A stretch of DNA of 64,000 nt, taken from Candidatus Latescibacterota bacterium (GTDB lineage Bacteria; Latescibacterota; UBA2968). Both the position numbers and the translations under genes were made by a program. The notes beneath the pieces were generated by a model that saw only the letters and a program-made list of their open reading frames with translations, made no database searches and was not told the origin of the DNA. The stretch covers positions 5,088,001 through 5,152,000 of the forward strand of contig OZ240241.1 in NCBI GenBank assembly GCA_965198115.1, given 5' to 3'. Shown in pieces: positions 40,615 through 51,756 of this stretch; the stretch's first letter is position 1; each line of letters begins with the position of its first letter.

Positions 40615-42612
40615 ATGGCAGGTACGGTTACCATATCTGAAAACGAGCTGGAAGCGACGATCTCCTCGATCAGTGCCAACGACGAGGTCGAAGCCATCGT
40701 TGAGCTGTTGAAGTCGCACGGGGTCGTGGATGGTCTTCAGAGCAGCGCCATTTTCACCGCGATTTCAGAGGCCAAGGAGGGCGGGAAGGCTGCGGAGAAT
40801 CTGGTGGTCGCAGCCGGTGAGCCCCCGATTCCGGAGAAACCACCGGCGCTCGAGATCTGTCCCCGTCTGCGCGAAGATGTGAAGCTCGAGTCCCTGGCAT
40901 CCGTCGTGAAGCTCCTGGCGTGCGAGGCCAAGGAAGACGTGATGGAAGCTGCACGCGGATCGTTCTCGGCGTTCGTTGTTGCTGCGGGCGATTTGCTCGC
41001 GAAGCGCGTGATCGGTGAAGTCAAACCGGGGATGACGGTAACGGGTAAGACCTTGACCAAAATCGATGAGGCGGGGTTGCCACCCCAGTTCGAACCGGGT
41101 CGCGGTGTGAAGCTTGCTAATGAGGAATATCGCGCGGAGCACGCGGGCTACGCCGGAACGTTCGACGGCCGGTTGTGTGTCGTCGCTCCCGTCTGGATTC
41201 CCGCTGAGGCCGCGATGGCTGCCGTTTTCTGCGTGTCCCTGGCGGACGGGTCTGCGACTCCAACGAAGGAGGATGTGATCGGGATGCTCGAAGCGGGAGG
41301 TGTCGAACACGGAATCGACGGGACCCGCGTCGATACGGTGCTCGACCGAATGGGATCGAAGGCGTTGATACCCGTGGCCTTCGCGACCGAGCCCGTCGAA
41401 CCGGTGGATGGCACCGCCATCTTTCATTTTGCTCACGAGTCGCTGTCGGGAGCCGTTCAGGATGACGGATCGATCGATTTGCGAGAGAGGTCCGAGTTTC
41501 CGTCCGTCGCCGCCGAGGCGCTCTTGGGCGAGTCGAAGCCACCCGTGCCGGGAACGCCGGGGACAACCGTTCGTGGCGACGAACTGCCGGTCAGGGAACC
41601 GGTGACGGTCGAGCTGGTGGCGGGGGATAAGGTCCGTGCGACGGGCGAAGGTGCCGAAGTGCAGCTGTTCGCGGAGATCAACGGTGGAGCGAACGTTCAG
41701 ACCGTGGAGTCGTCGACGCAGTTGACGCATACGGTTTCCGTCCGGGAGATCGCGCAGGTCTCCGGCAACGTCGACTACGAGACGGGCAACATCAATTTCG
41801 AAGGGAACGTGGAGGTCAAGGGCTCTGTCGTGAGTGGGTTCAAGGTCGAGGCGACGGGAGACGTCGTGGTGATGGAGAGCGTCGAGAATGGTGCGGAGGT
41901 TCACTGCGAGGGCAATCTGACCGTCAAGCAAGGTATTCAGGGTGAGAAGACGCACGTAACGGCGGGTGGGGATATCCGGGCGCGCTTCATTCAGGAGGCG
42001 CTCGTGGAGGCGGAAGGGGAGCTGATCGCCGAGAGCTATATCCGTGCGGCCGATGTTCGCTCACAGACACGCGTGGCGGTCGAAGCGAGTGGGGACAGCG
42101 GCGGCATCTTCGGAGGTGAGGTCTGGGCCCTCGATGAGGTCGTGTCGAACAACGTCGGTGCTGTGGGGACGGAGACCACGCTGATCGCATTGGGTGCGGT
42201 TCCGAAGATGTTCGAAGAGGTCGACGCTCTTCGAAAGGAGATCCAGCAGGCCGAGGCGTCGATGGCAAAGCTTCTGGGTGCTCTGGGATTGTCGTCTCTC
42301 GCAGCGGAGGAAGTCAAAGCTCTGGTGGAACGCAATCCTCGGCGAGCTGAAGCGATCGAGGACAAAGTGGCGGAGGCCACTGGATTCGCGGACACGATCG
42401 AGACGAGCAAAGAAAGCGTGAAGGCCCTCGCGGAACAGATCAGGTCGAAAGCGGCCACGGTCCACCTCGACGTGTCCAATACGGCCTTTCACAAGGTCCG
42501 TGTTCGCGTGGGGAACGCCGAGACGGTATTGACGGCCGACATCAAGGGCGCTCGTTTCAGGTTGAAGAAGAAGGACGGGCAGGAGGAGGTGGGGTGGGAT
42601 AGTCTTACTTAG
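40615..42612 (+). CDS. FapA/DUF342-family protein
   Basis: A.GEPP, DGSIDLRE, G.PGTTVRG, GNVDYETGNINFEGNVEVKGSV..GF.VEA.GD beta-helix followed by coiled coil. Confidence 0.88.
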   Translation: MAGTVTISENELEATISSISANDEVEAIVELLKSHGVVDGLQSSAIFTAISEAKEGGKAAENLVVAAGEPPIPEKPPALEICPRLREDVKLESLASVVKLLACEAKEDVMEAARGSFSAFVVAAGDLLAKRVIGEVKPGMTVTGKTLTKIDEAGLPPQFEPGRGVKLANEEYRAEHAGYAGTFDGRLCVVAPVWIPAEAAMAAVFCVSLADGSATPTKEDVIGMLEAGGVEHGIDGTRVDTVLDRMGSKALIPVAFATEPVEPVDGTAIFHFAHESLSGAVQDDGSIDLRERSEFPSVAAEALLGESKPPVPGTPGTTVRGDELPVREPVTVELVAGDKVRATGEGAEVQLFAEINGGANVQTVESSTQLTHTVSVREIAQVSGNVDYETGNINFEGNVEVKGSVVSGFKVEATGDVVVMESVENGAEVHCEGNLTVKQGIQGEKTHVTAGGDIRARFIQEALVEAEGELIAESYIRAADVRSQTRVAVEASGDSGGIFGGEVWALDEVVSNNVGAVGTETTLIALGAVPKMFEEVDALRKEIQQAEASMAKLLGALGLSSLAAEEVKALVERNPRRAEAIEDKVAEATGFADTIETSKESVKALAEQIRSKAATVHLDVSNTAFHKVRVRVGNAETVLTADIKGARFRLKKKDGQEEVGWDSLT

Positions 42613-42654
42613 ACCCCTCACGCGTTCGGGGCAAGTTCTGGGATGGTGGGAGAA

Positions 42655-42735
42655 GTGACCGTTGACCAGTGACAACTGACCAGTGACCAACGAAAGAACA
42701 GACGGCTTCGCCCCATTGTCAGGTGACAGATGGCA
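42655..42735 (+). repeat. TGACCAG-type 7-nt repeats with GACGGCTTCGCC motif
   Basis: GTGACCGTTGACCAGTGACAACTGACCAGTGACC; GACGGCTTCGCCCC; GTGACAGATGGCAG. Confidence 0.75.
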
Positions 42736-42791
42736 GAATAGCGGCTTCGTTCTATGCCGGGGGGCGAGGGAGAAGCTGACTGGGGGGAGTC

Positions 42792-44017
42792 GTGTCTGTT
42801 GAACCCGTGAAGTTTGCCGTGGTTGGTTTGGGGGGGTTCGGGGCGTCGCACCTCGAGGCAGTGGCCGATGTAGAGGCATTGGGTGTCGGGGTGCTGGATG
42901 CGGTCGTCTGTATCGATCCGGAAATCCACGGCAAGACCCTGGCCGACTTTCGTGAGCGTGGGGTCCGCATTTTCGATGATGTGCCGGCCCTACTGGACGC
43001 GGGCGACGTTGACGTCGTCACGCTGCCGGTCGGGATCCACGATCACGTTCCGCTGAGTGTCGCGAGTGTGGAGGCGGGGTTCGACGTCATTGTCGAGAAA
43101 CCGCTCACGTCAGTCGTACAGGAGGCCGATCGGCTGATCGAAGCGCGGGACCGAACCTCCAGGGCCGTCATCGTCGGCTACCAGTTTCTTTACAGCGAGA
43201 CCATCCGGGCTCTGAAGACGCGAGCCATCGACGGAAGGCTCGGACGCATCGCGACCATCCGTGTTCGTGCCGGGTGGCCGAGGGGTGATGCCTACTACGC
43301 CAGGAACGGGTGGGCGGGACGGGTTCAGTTGGACGGGTTCTGGGTGCTCGACAGTCCGATCAACAACGCGATTTCGCACCACGTGATGAACGTCCTCTAC
43401 GTTTGCGGTGAACGATGACGACGGCGGTAGATGTGAGGACGGTGCAGGCTGAACTTTATCGCGCCAGAGATATCGAGAGTCTGGATACGGCCTCCCTGCG
43501 AGCAACGACGGAGAATGGCGTGGCCGTTCACATCGCGATGTCCCACGTCACTGACGAACTCTTCGGCCCTGTGATGGAGATGCAATGCGAGAAGGCCTCG
43601 GTGTGTTGGAGCCCCGGCCGCGCGGAGATCGCATACCATAGCGGCTCGACGGAGATACTCGAAGACGATGCGACACCCCCGCTGTGCACTCGGTCCTTCC
43701 TCAACATGATTGCAGTTCTCAGAGAAGGTGGGGTTGCCTGGTCAACGCTCGAGATCGCCCGTGCCCAGACCTTGTGCATTGACGCCGCTCACGAGAGCTG
43801 CTCCGAGATTCATACGATCCCCGATACAGCCGTGGAGCGTGTGGACCGCGACGGCGATTGTTTTCGGGTCGTCGATGGGATGGATGACCTCCTCATCGAG
43901 GGAGCGAAACAGGACAAGCTGTTTTCGGAGATGGGAGTTCCGTGGGCGGTGTCGACGGCACCTTTTGATACGTCGGGCTATCGCGCGTATCCGACCAACA
44001 GAGGTGGTGACCCCTGA
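42792..44017 (+). CDS. Gfo/Idh/MocA oxidoreductase split by a one-base frameshift (~43411)
   Basis: VGLGGFG, VEKP, VGYQ, YYARNGWAG, DSPINNA.SH; one extra A at GAACGATG would join the two ORFs. Confidence 0.85.
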
Positions 44018-44349
44018 CGAAGGTGGCGGATGGTGGCAGGCCCCAGGGTGGCTTCGCCGTATTGTCGAGGCAGAAAATAGACAGAATGGTCAAGGTTCCG
44101 CGAGTATAGCTGGAGCCTTTTGCGTGTACGATTCAGACGTAGTGGGTAGGATGCCTGAATGTGATGGCGTTACCCAGGATGTCCGGCGCGGCTGCGGAGA
44201 GGATCAACGGGATGAGATACGGGGTCGTGGATCGGATCTGGTCGTTGCAAGGGGCGGACGGGAACCGGCAGTTTTCGAGTGCCACGCTGGCGAGGACGAG
44301 CTATACTTGGTCGACCCCTAAAGCGTATCAAGGACACGAATCGGCAACG

Positions 44350-45450
44350 ATGAACTCGCAGTCACCAAACGAAGACCTGCGTATTCTGGTTGTGGACGAC
44401 ACGCTCCGGAACATCCAGATTCTGGATGCCGTTCTCGAAAAGGAGGGCTACAGGATCAACGTCGCGACGAGCGGCCCACAGGCGCTGGAGATCGTGAAAC
44501 GCGCCCGACCGCATCTCGTTCTGCTCGATGTGATGATGCCCGAAATGGACGGTTTCGAGGTGTGTCGTCGTTTGAAAGCGGACGCCGCGTATCGGGACAT
44601 TCCCGTGATTTTCCTGACGGCCCGGACGGAGACCGAGGATCTCGTCGAGGGTTTCGAAGTCGGGGCGGTCGACTACGTCACTAAGCCTTTCAACAGCACC
44701 GAATTGCTCGTGCGCGTCAAGACGCACCTGAGCCTCTACCTGCTCCAGACCGCGCTCGTGAACAGCCTCGATGAAAACGCCCGAATCAAACGCGAACACG
44801 AAGCGTTCCTGCGCCACGAATTGAACAACCGCATCACGACGATCATGGGCTACTCACATTTACTCAAGGTGCAGATGACGGAAGAAAAGCCACAGAAGTG
44901 GGCAGACCACATCCACCAGAGCGCCGAAGACATGTCGGATCTGATCAACACCCTCCGTGCGCTACAGGACATCGAGGCGGGCACGACCGAAGTGACAAGG
45001 CAGGAAATGGATCTGGTCGAGCTGATCAAGAAAGTGGCTGCCGACCTGGGTGTGGCTTTTGGCGGGCGCGCGGAGATCGAGTTGGCCCTGCCCGATCCGC
45101 CGGTCAAGATTCTCGGAGACGCCAACCTGCTGTTCGGGGTTTACCACAACCTGGCGAAGAACGCTGTCGAGCATATCGTGGAGCACGAGGTGGTCGATTC
45201 CACGATCGGTATTGCCCTGTCGGTCCAGGAGCAGGAAGCGTCGGTGGCGATCCACAACGGCGGACCTCCGATTCCGGCCGAGCTGATCGCCTCGTTTTTT
45301 GAAAAGTTCAATACCCACGGGAAGCAGGGAGGGACCGGTCTGGGCACATCCTACGCCCACCTGGTCACAACCGCCCACGGTGGGGAGATCGATGTTCAGT
45401 CCAGCGAAAGAGATGGTACGACGGTGACTGTACGGTTGCCCTCAGGCTGA
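44350..45450 (+). CDS. Cytoplasmic receiver + histidine kinase hybrid
   Basis: ILVVDD, LLDVMMPEMDG, TKPF, RHELNN, NLAKNA, GTGLG. Confidence 0.93.
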   Translation: MNSQSPNEDLRILVVDDTLRNIQILDAVLEKEGYRINVATSGPQALEIVKRARPHLVLLDVMMPEMDGFEVCRRLKADAAYRDIPVIFLTARTETEDLVEGFEVGAVDYVTKPFNSTELLVRVKTHLSLYLLQTALVNSLDENARIKREHEAFLRHELNNRITTIMGYSHLLKVQMTEEKPQKWADHIHQSAEDMSDLINTLRALQDIEAGTTEVTRQEMDLVELIKKVAADLGVAFGGRAEIELALPDPPVKILGDANLLFGVYHNLAKNAVEHIVEHEVVDSTIGIALSVQEQEASVAIHNGGPPIPAELIASFFEKFNTHGKQGGTGLGTSYAHLVTTAHGGEIDVQSSERDGTTVTVRLPSG

Positions 45451-45623
45451 CTGTTTCTCTTCCACCGACTCCGTCCCTCCCGTGTCCTCCTCCTCGACTT
45501 CGTCGTCGATGACCTGTGTCGACGCTGAAATTTCGTCGACCCCGGACAGTTCGAACAGGGGGCGCTCCAGGTCTTCGGCGAAGATCCGCTGAACCTCTCC
45601 GATCATCACCTTCAGATCCGCTA
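45441..45623 (-). pseudogene. C-terminal remnant of an unknown acidic protein cut by ISAzo13
   Basis: Open minus frame ADLKVMIGEVQRIFAEDLERPLFELSGVDEISASTQVIDDEVEEEDTGGTESVEEKQSA* begins at the IS boundary. Confidence 0.5.
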
Positions 45624-46917
45624 AGGGTTCGGAATAAATAAACGGTCGATCTCAATGTTGAGCCATTGGCCGGATCGTGTAGTTCCAGTCGCCGTGGAAA
45701 TCGTGCGGAGTGAGATCGATTTGGGTCATCTGTTCATCGGTCACCTTGACCCCGTTAGGGTAGGGTCGCTTGTCGATCTCGGAGCGTACTCGGAGACCGG
45801 CTTGAGTGGTCGTTCCGGCAATGAGATTCACGGTTGCAGCCAGGCTGACCAGGGGCTTGCCTCGCCCAGTTCATAGCGATGAAGGAGAACAGGCGATGTT
45901 CGATCTTGTTCCACTTACTAGTGCCAGGAGGGTAGTGGCATACGGTGATCGTCAGGCCAGTGCGATTCGCAAAGCGCTGCAGCTCCCACTTCCACAGCCG
46001 CGTCTTGGCACCGTTGCTGCCGCCTGCGTCCGCCGTGATTAGCAGATGCGTCGAAGTGCCGTAGGCGGGCCGTCCCATGTTCTTCCACCAACTTCGGATC
46101 GCATTCACGGCGAAGCTGGCCGTGTCGTGATCGATACCGACACTTACCCAGCCTTCATCACGGCTCAGATCATACACTCCATAAGGGATCGCCTTGCCCT
46201 GAGCAGGCACTATGAAATCGTGTACCTTCACACGCTCCGGGTCTCCCTTGGGTCGCCATTCTCGGCCAGGATTCTTGAAGTCGCCGATCAACTCTTTCTT
46301 CTTGGTGTCCACCGAGATAACGGGAAGGCCCTGCTGCTGCTGCTGGCTAATCCGATCATCGAGGTAAACGAACTGAGCGTCCCTCCGGGTGTGCAGATCC
46401 CTCCCTTGTCTTCCGATTCGCCTGCAGCGTGTAATCGTGTTCGTGCAGGAGATTGGCAACGATCCTGGGGCTCACCGAATGCCCCATCGCTTGCAACTCG
46501 GCGGCCAGTTTGCGAGTGCTCTTCGATGTCCATCTCAGAGGATTGTCGTCAGGCGACCCCGCAGTCGTTGGCTCGACCAGATCATTCAGGTCCTGCCACA
46601 GCGTCGGGTCCGTGTCGGCCTTCCGCTTACGACCGCCGCCTGGACGCCGGATGCGAGCCGGGTCCAAAGGTTCGTCCGACCTCAACTCCTGAATGCCACG
46701 AAAGATCCGCTCTCTGGACATTCCTGTCGCCAGAGCCACAATCGCGATCCCACCGTGACCCAACGCTTCGGCTTCCGTGGCGGCCCACAGACGACGCGTG
46801 CGTTCCGTCAGCACCGGAGCCAAGGCTTCATACTTCGTTCGGAGAGTTTCGACGTCCACACTCCGAGCGTAAGATCATTACCTTGAAAAGTGCAGCACTT
46901 ATTTCGTGGCAAACCCT
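45624..46917 (-). mobile_element. ISAzo13-family element; transposase frameshifted
   Basis: LTERTRRLWAA, RIRRPGGGRK, LRWTSKS, ISVDTKKKELIG, ITADAGGSNG, HYPPGTSKWNKIEHRLFS; IRs AGGGTT..AAATAA. Confidence 0.93.
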
Positions 46918-46981
46918 TAGTGAGACCCACGTAGAGCACCTTCGAAATGCTGGAGAGGATATATACGCAGAATTCTCGCAT
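46918..46981 (-). pseudogene. GIY-YIG nuclease N-terminal remnant
   Basis: MREFCVYILSSISKVLYVGLT, truncated at the IS end. Confidence 0.7.
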
Positions 46982-47051
46982 AGGGACGAGTCTACTCAGA
47001 TTCAATCAGGCGTGCAACTCGTTGGACCCTGAGCGCCGGTCATCACCCGGG

Positions 47052-47282
47052 TGTCATTTCGACACGGTCTGGCGTGGATACGATGCGAATTCGTTCGCGG
47101 AGCCGAACGAACCGTGGAGAAATCTCCGCGCGACAACTGTGGTAAGAGACAAGTATCGCCAGCAGTACACTTTGGTACGCGACTGATGACGGTTCTACCG
47201 ACAGTCTTTACGAAACACTTACGCGTTGAGATCCCTCACCCCTGGTGATTGCCGAAGGCACCACGCGAGGTTCGAGATGACA
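47052..47282. repeat. Inverted pair of TGTCAT(T/C)TCGA...GATCTC palindromic elements
   Basis: 47052-47126 TGTCATTTCGACACGGT..ACCGTGGAGAAATCTC; 47228-47282 on the minus strand TGTCATCTCGAACC..GGTGAGGGATCTC. Confidence 0.7.
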
Positions 47283-47288
47283 GGCGGG

Positions 47289-48290
47289 TCACGCTCGTCG
47301 CGGTGGTATCGGCGATGAGACGGCGATGAGGTCGTGGCGGTTGTAGTCGAAGGCGAAGTGGACGAAGGATTCGTCTTCCGTCACGAAACCGTCGGGGTAG
47401 GAAAGCTGACCCGGGAAGTCGGTGATCGTGCGTTTGTAATTCCACGATACCATATCGTCGTCCGAGATCCACATCGCCAGCGGGTTGCGTACGCGCAGCG
47501 TGGCATTGGGGTTGTGGATCAGCACGATTCTACCATCGCTCAATCGGTGAAGCCGGAACTTCGTTCCCGGATTGGGGATGTCCGTGTCTGCCCAGGCTGA
47601 CCACGTCCTGCCTCGATCCTTCGATTCGCTCCGTGACAGCCGACCCGTTCCATCCGCACGACACAACATCACCAGCCGTCCATCACCGATCTCGACCAGA
47701 TTTGCCTCATTCCATCCAGCCTGAGGTCCCACGATCGCCGATTTCGTCCACGTGGCACCCTCATCCTCGCTGATCAGCACACCGTTCACACCTTGCTGGA
47801 ACGACCCATCGTCCAGGTGGGACGGCATCGGATCATCCGCAACGTCATACGACTGAAAAGGTAGATACCACGTTCCCCACGTGGCCACGTAGAGATTCCG
47901 GATGAACGTCCGGCGCGGGAGCGGCTCGAAGGGCACGGGGTCCGACCACGTCCGGCCGCCATCCTTACTCGCGAACGTGAACACGCGCCAATCCTCGAAC
48001 CGCCCTTCGTGCGAATGACCGAAGATCGTCATCACGCCGTTCAGAACGATCACCTCGGAGAGCAGACATCCTCGGTCTTCATACGCGAGCACCGGTTCCG
48101 GCTTGCTCCAAGTGGCTCCAGCATCGGTGGTCCGACAGAGTGCGATGTAGTTCTCTTTCTGCGGCTCGTGATCGCCTCCTGTCATGAAGACGATCACCCA
48201 TTCGTCCTCGCTGACGGGACGAAGCGCCTGGTCGCAGACGCAATGGTCGCCCGGGGTGCCCTTGTAGACGTGAACGAGTCGGTCTTGCAT
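47289..48290 (-). CDS. Sialidase-like (BNR/Asp-box) glycoside hydrolase
   Basis: Asp-boxes TDAGATWS, SKDGGRTWS, SEDEGATW, SKDRGRTWS, SDDDMVSW; RNPL and SYP motifs. Confidence 0.88.
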   Translation of the reverse strand: MQDRLVHVYKGTPGDHCVCDQALRPVSEDEWVIVFMTGGDHEPQKENYIALCRTTDAGATWSKPEPVLAYEDRGCLLSEVIVLNGVMTIFGHSHEGRFEDWRVFTFASKDGGRTWSDPVPFEPLPRRTFIRNLYVATWGTWYLPFQSYDVADDPMPSHLDDGSFQQGVNGVLISEDEGATWTKSAIVGPQAGWNEANLVEIGDGRLVMLCRADGTGRLSRSESKDRGRTWSAWADTDIPNPGTKFRLHRLSDGRIVLIHNPNATLRVRNPLAMWISDDDMVSWNYKRTITDFPGQLSYPDGFVTEDESFVHFAFDYNRHDLIAVSSPIPPRRA

Positions 48291-48438
48291 ATCGTGCTCC
48301 GCATAAGAATAAGATGACCCAAGTGTCATTCGACCAGGAACATGACCTATCCTGTTGAGCGACAGGCGATTCTGCACGCCGGACTTGGCACGAGGAGTGG
48401 CGTTTCACGTCTTGGGGCTTCGCGTGGCTCTTCGTGCT

Positions 48439-48520
48439 GAGATCTCTCACCCCTGGTGATGGCCGAAGGCACCTTACGGGGTTCTCTCGCTTCGCTCGAG
48501 ACAGGCTCCTGACAGGCGGG
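48439..48520 (-). repeat. Second copy of the palindromic element found at 47228
   Basis: GAGATCTCTCACCCCTGGTGATGGCCGAAGGCACC...TGACAGGCGGG versus GAGATCCCTCACCCCTGGTGATTGCCGAAGGCACC...TGACAGGCGGG. Confidence 0.8.
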
Positions 48521-48526
48521 CGCAGG

Positions 48527-49536
48527 TCATCGCTCCAGGAGATTCCGTTCGATTCGGTGAGGGATTCCGTCTTCGTCCGGATTCATCTCGAAGCCGGCTG
48601 CGGCAAACACGATTCCCAGGTTGGCGTTCCAGGCGATATAGGTGCCCCCGGCTCCCGCGCCCCACGCCCACTTTCGATCGGCGCCTGGAAAATAGTCACC
48701 ATCTGAATTCGTCCAGGTCAGGAACCCGTACGGGCATTCACGAAATGCTTCACTGAACGCCCTGAGGTGGCTGATCCCGTCGTTGGGGCCTTCGTAGTTC
48801 ACACCCATTCCGTGTGTCTGCTTCGTTTCCATCTGTTCCACAAAACCCTCGGGCAGGATGCGCTTCCCCCTCCAGCAGCCACGCGCCAGCGCGAACAGAC
48901 CGAGACGCCCCATGTGATCGAGACTGATCACAAAACGCACACCGTCATCCATTTGGCTGGCCTCGTCGAACACGACGCGGGTCGACCAGCCTTCCATTCC
49001 GATCGCATCGAAGTAAGCCATCCTGGCAACTTCGTCATACGCATCGTAGAAATCGGCTTTGCCGTAGACTCTGGCGAGTGCGTTGCAGAGGTGCACCAGG
49101 TTAAGATCCGAGTATGTCCACATTTCACCCGGTTTATACGCGGGATACCCGTCATAGGGATAGTCGAATCCGGCGCTCTGCGTCATGACATCGCGCCAGG
49201 TTGCGTCTCGCTGAGACATCGGCAGGTCCACCCAATCACCGATTTTCTGATCGATGGACGGGATGCGTCCCTGGTGGACAGCCGCTCCGACGATCATCGC
49301 GTGCCAGGTCTTCCGGAGGGAGGCAACATCCAACGTCTCGTCGAAATCTCCCTCGTGGTGGAGAAGATAGCCCCACCTCCAGATTCCCCACCGCGCTTCA
49401 CGTCTCGAATTAGGATGGGTCTGGACGAAATCCCTTATCGCGCCGATGATCCCTTCGGCGATTCCCGCTTCGCCCAACGGACACCGGGACCATCGCCCCG
49501 GCCCACACCATCATCAGGGAAGCTCAGATCGTTCAC
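48527..49536 (-). CDS. Beta-lactamase-fold serine hydrolase (probable N-terminal one-base frameshift)
   Basis: SxxK (ASLRK), PGEMWTYSD, G.W.GKRILP, YGFLTW; upstream GTG frame MNDLSFPDD joins with one added base. Confidence 0.8.
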
Positions 49537-49636
49537 GCTACCACACCTTCTTCTGACGTAAGAGGGGAATCTCACGCATAAGATTGCGCTGTTTGGCACC
49601 GATCGGTAATTTCCTAAACCTTGAAATAGGAGACCG

Positions 49637-51595
49637 ATGGCAACTGCCGAACACATCCAGGATTACCCTGCCGCTCAACCCCAAGTAGAGCGCATCGTCA
49701 CGCTGCGAGCTGTCGTTTGCGGTGTTGTGACGATGGTGGTCAGCACCATCTACATGGACTACTTCGCCAGGAACCTCGTCAAGAGTTACCTGCCCGTTGC
49801 AGTCCTCATTCCGTTCGTCGGATGGGTCGTCCTGAACACGCTCCTCCGCCTGACGGTCCCCAAAGCCGCACTCACCAAACACGAGATTCTCGTTGTTTTC
49901 GCCATGATCTGGGTTTCAGGGAACATGCCCGCCGTTGGCTGGGGCATGCATTCTGTCAGTCTGATTCCTGCGCCCGACTTCTATGCCTCCCCGGAAAACC
50001 GGGTTCGTGATGTCATCATTCCCGTGCTGCCCAAGTACCTATTTCTCGAACCCACGAAAGATCCCAGTATCCATCAGCTTTACACCGGGTTGCCTCGGGG
50101 CGACGAGATGCCGTGGTTCAAATGGTTCCGCCCCCTCTTCTGGTGGCTCGTTGGATGCCTCGGGGCCTTCATGGCCTCCCTTTTTTGCAGCGTGTTGTTT
50201 TTCCGCCAGTGGGACGAGCAGGAACGTCTTGTCTTTCCCATGTCGGCGTTCCCGGTCGACATGCTGGACGAAGACAAGGATGGCATTCCGAACGTCTTCA
50301 AGAATAAAATTTTCTGGTTGGGGTTTACCTGTGTCTTCGGCGTCATCGCCTGGAACATGCTCGGCTACTTCGCGATCAACCTGCCGCGCAACACTTTGTT
50401 CGACAAGGCGGCGCCGATCACCCTCGGCCCGGACTATCCCCCGTTCAATTTCCGAATCCAGCCCCTCCTCATGGGTCTCGCCTACCTCTGCCCGACGGAC
50501 ATTCTGTTCAGCTTCTGGTTCTACAATCTGATCAACACGTTCAAGATCGGCGCCATCAACCGCACCGGCCTCACAGTCGGTCTCGCGGGGCAGCCATCCA
50601 AAGCACCCGAAATCGCGACCCTGGAATCGAGTGGCGCGCTCTTCCTCGTCGTCGGCTGGTCAATTTGGGTCTCGCGTCACCACTTGAAGCACACGCTGAA
50701 CGTAGCCTTCTCCCAACACGGAGAGAAAGACGACGGCGTCCCCGTTTCCTACCGAACCGCCTGGCTCGGACTCGGCGCTTCCGTCCTGATCCTCGCAGGT
50801 TGGTGCGTCTCGACCGGTCTGACGATCGGGGCAACGCTGCTCCAGCTCATCTTCCTCTTTGTTTGCTACTTCGGTATCTCGAAATATGCGGCGACGACCG
50901 GCTTTACTTTCCTCAATCCGGCCGGCGGCAAGGGGCATTCCATCATCCTCGCAATCGGCGGATCGGTCAATTTCACGCCATCTTCACAGGCCATGATGGT
51001 CCTCATCCAGCGCAACATATTTTTGGGTGCCCCCATCAGAACGGCGAGCATCCCCTCCATCCCACATTACTTCAAGATGCTTGGCCCGAATCTCAGGCGC
51101 GTTCCCGCCATCTGGCTCATCTTGCCTGGCGCCCTCATATTCGGGTGGTGGTTGGCCGCCTACGTCCGCATCGACCGATGTTACCGCGTCGGCGGTCTCA
51201 ACGCGGGTTTGGTCCCCTGGGCCGTCAACGCACTCGTCGCCAACCTACCCTATATCGAAGGCACGAAGAACGAAGTCTTCGATCCACAGAAGCAGGGCGT
51301 TTGGCTGTTTGGGGCGGGTGAAGCTGCGCTCCTCACATTGCTCCGCGCGAGATTCTCCTGGTGGCCGCTTCACCCAATCGCGATCGCCTTCCCGGAGCGT
51401 CGCTACGCGTATTGCTTGCTCCTCGTCTGGATAGCGAAGACCGTGGTGCTCAAAGTCGGCGGCGTAGGCCTCTACCGACGGTCCCTCCCCTTCGCCTATG
51501 GCGCCATCTGCGGCTATCTCCTCGGGATCGCAGTCTCCAGCGCGATCGATGCGATCTGGTTCCCGGATGGAGGGCATTTTGTACATGGATGGTAG
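49637..51595 (+). CDS. DUF6785/DUF6784-type polytopic membrane protein (putative transporter)
   Basis: Many TMs; RQWDEQERLVFPM, DILFSFWF, WWPLHPI, GGVGLYRRSLPF motifs; AGGAG RBS. Confidence 0.85.
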   Translation: MATAEHIQDYPAAQPQVERIVTLRAVVCGVVTMVVSTIYMDYFARNLVKSYLPVAVLIPFVGWVVLNTLLRLTVPKAALTKHEILVVFAMIWVSGNMPAVGWGMHSVSLIPAPDFYASPENRVRDVIIPVLPKYLFLEPTKDPSIHQLYTGLPRGDEMPWFKWFRPLFWWLVGCLGAFMASLFCSVLFFRQWDEQERLVFPMSAFPVDMLDEDKDGIPNVFKNKIFWLGFTCVFGVIAWNMLGYFAINLPRNTLFDKAAPITLGPDYPPFNFRIQPLLMGLAYLCPTDILFSFWFYNLINTFKIGAINRTGLTVGLAGQPSKAPEIATLESSGALFLVVGWSIWVSRHHLKHTLNVAFSQHGEKDDGVPVSYRTAWLGLGASVLILAGWCVSTGLTIGATLLQLIFLFVCYFGISKYAATTGFTFLNPAGGKGHSIILAIGGSVNFTPSSQAMMVLIQRNIFLGAPIRTASIPSIPHYFKMLGPNLRRVPAIWLILPGALIFGWWLAAYVRIDRCYRVGGLNAGLVPWAVNALVANLPYIEGTKNEVFDPQKQGVWLFGAGEAALLTLLRARFSWWPLHPIAIAFPERRYAYCLLLVWIAKTVVLKVGGVGLYRRSLPFAYGAICGYLLGIAVSSAIDAIWFPDGGHFVHGW

Positions 51596-51756
51596 TATTG
51601 CCCAATGAGTCTGCCCTTCTTGTCCTAAGCTTGTAGGCGATGCAATTCTGAGCGGGCGACACGGAGAGCGGGCGTGGCAAGGGATCTGCAAACGCTGGCG
51701 GGATGAATGCGGCTGATTCTTCGATGTGAATCAGCCGTCTTCATTGTATGGATTGA

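Noticed and set aside
43410-43420. Possible selenocysteine or readthrough at the TGA splitting the oxidoreductase
   Set aside because: The downstream half is in a different frame; a one-base indel explains it
47228-48520. Possible integron attC sites after consecutive genes
   Set aside because: No clear RYYYAAC...GTTRRRY core sites and no IntI; better explained as REP-like repeats
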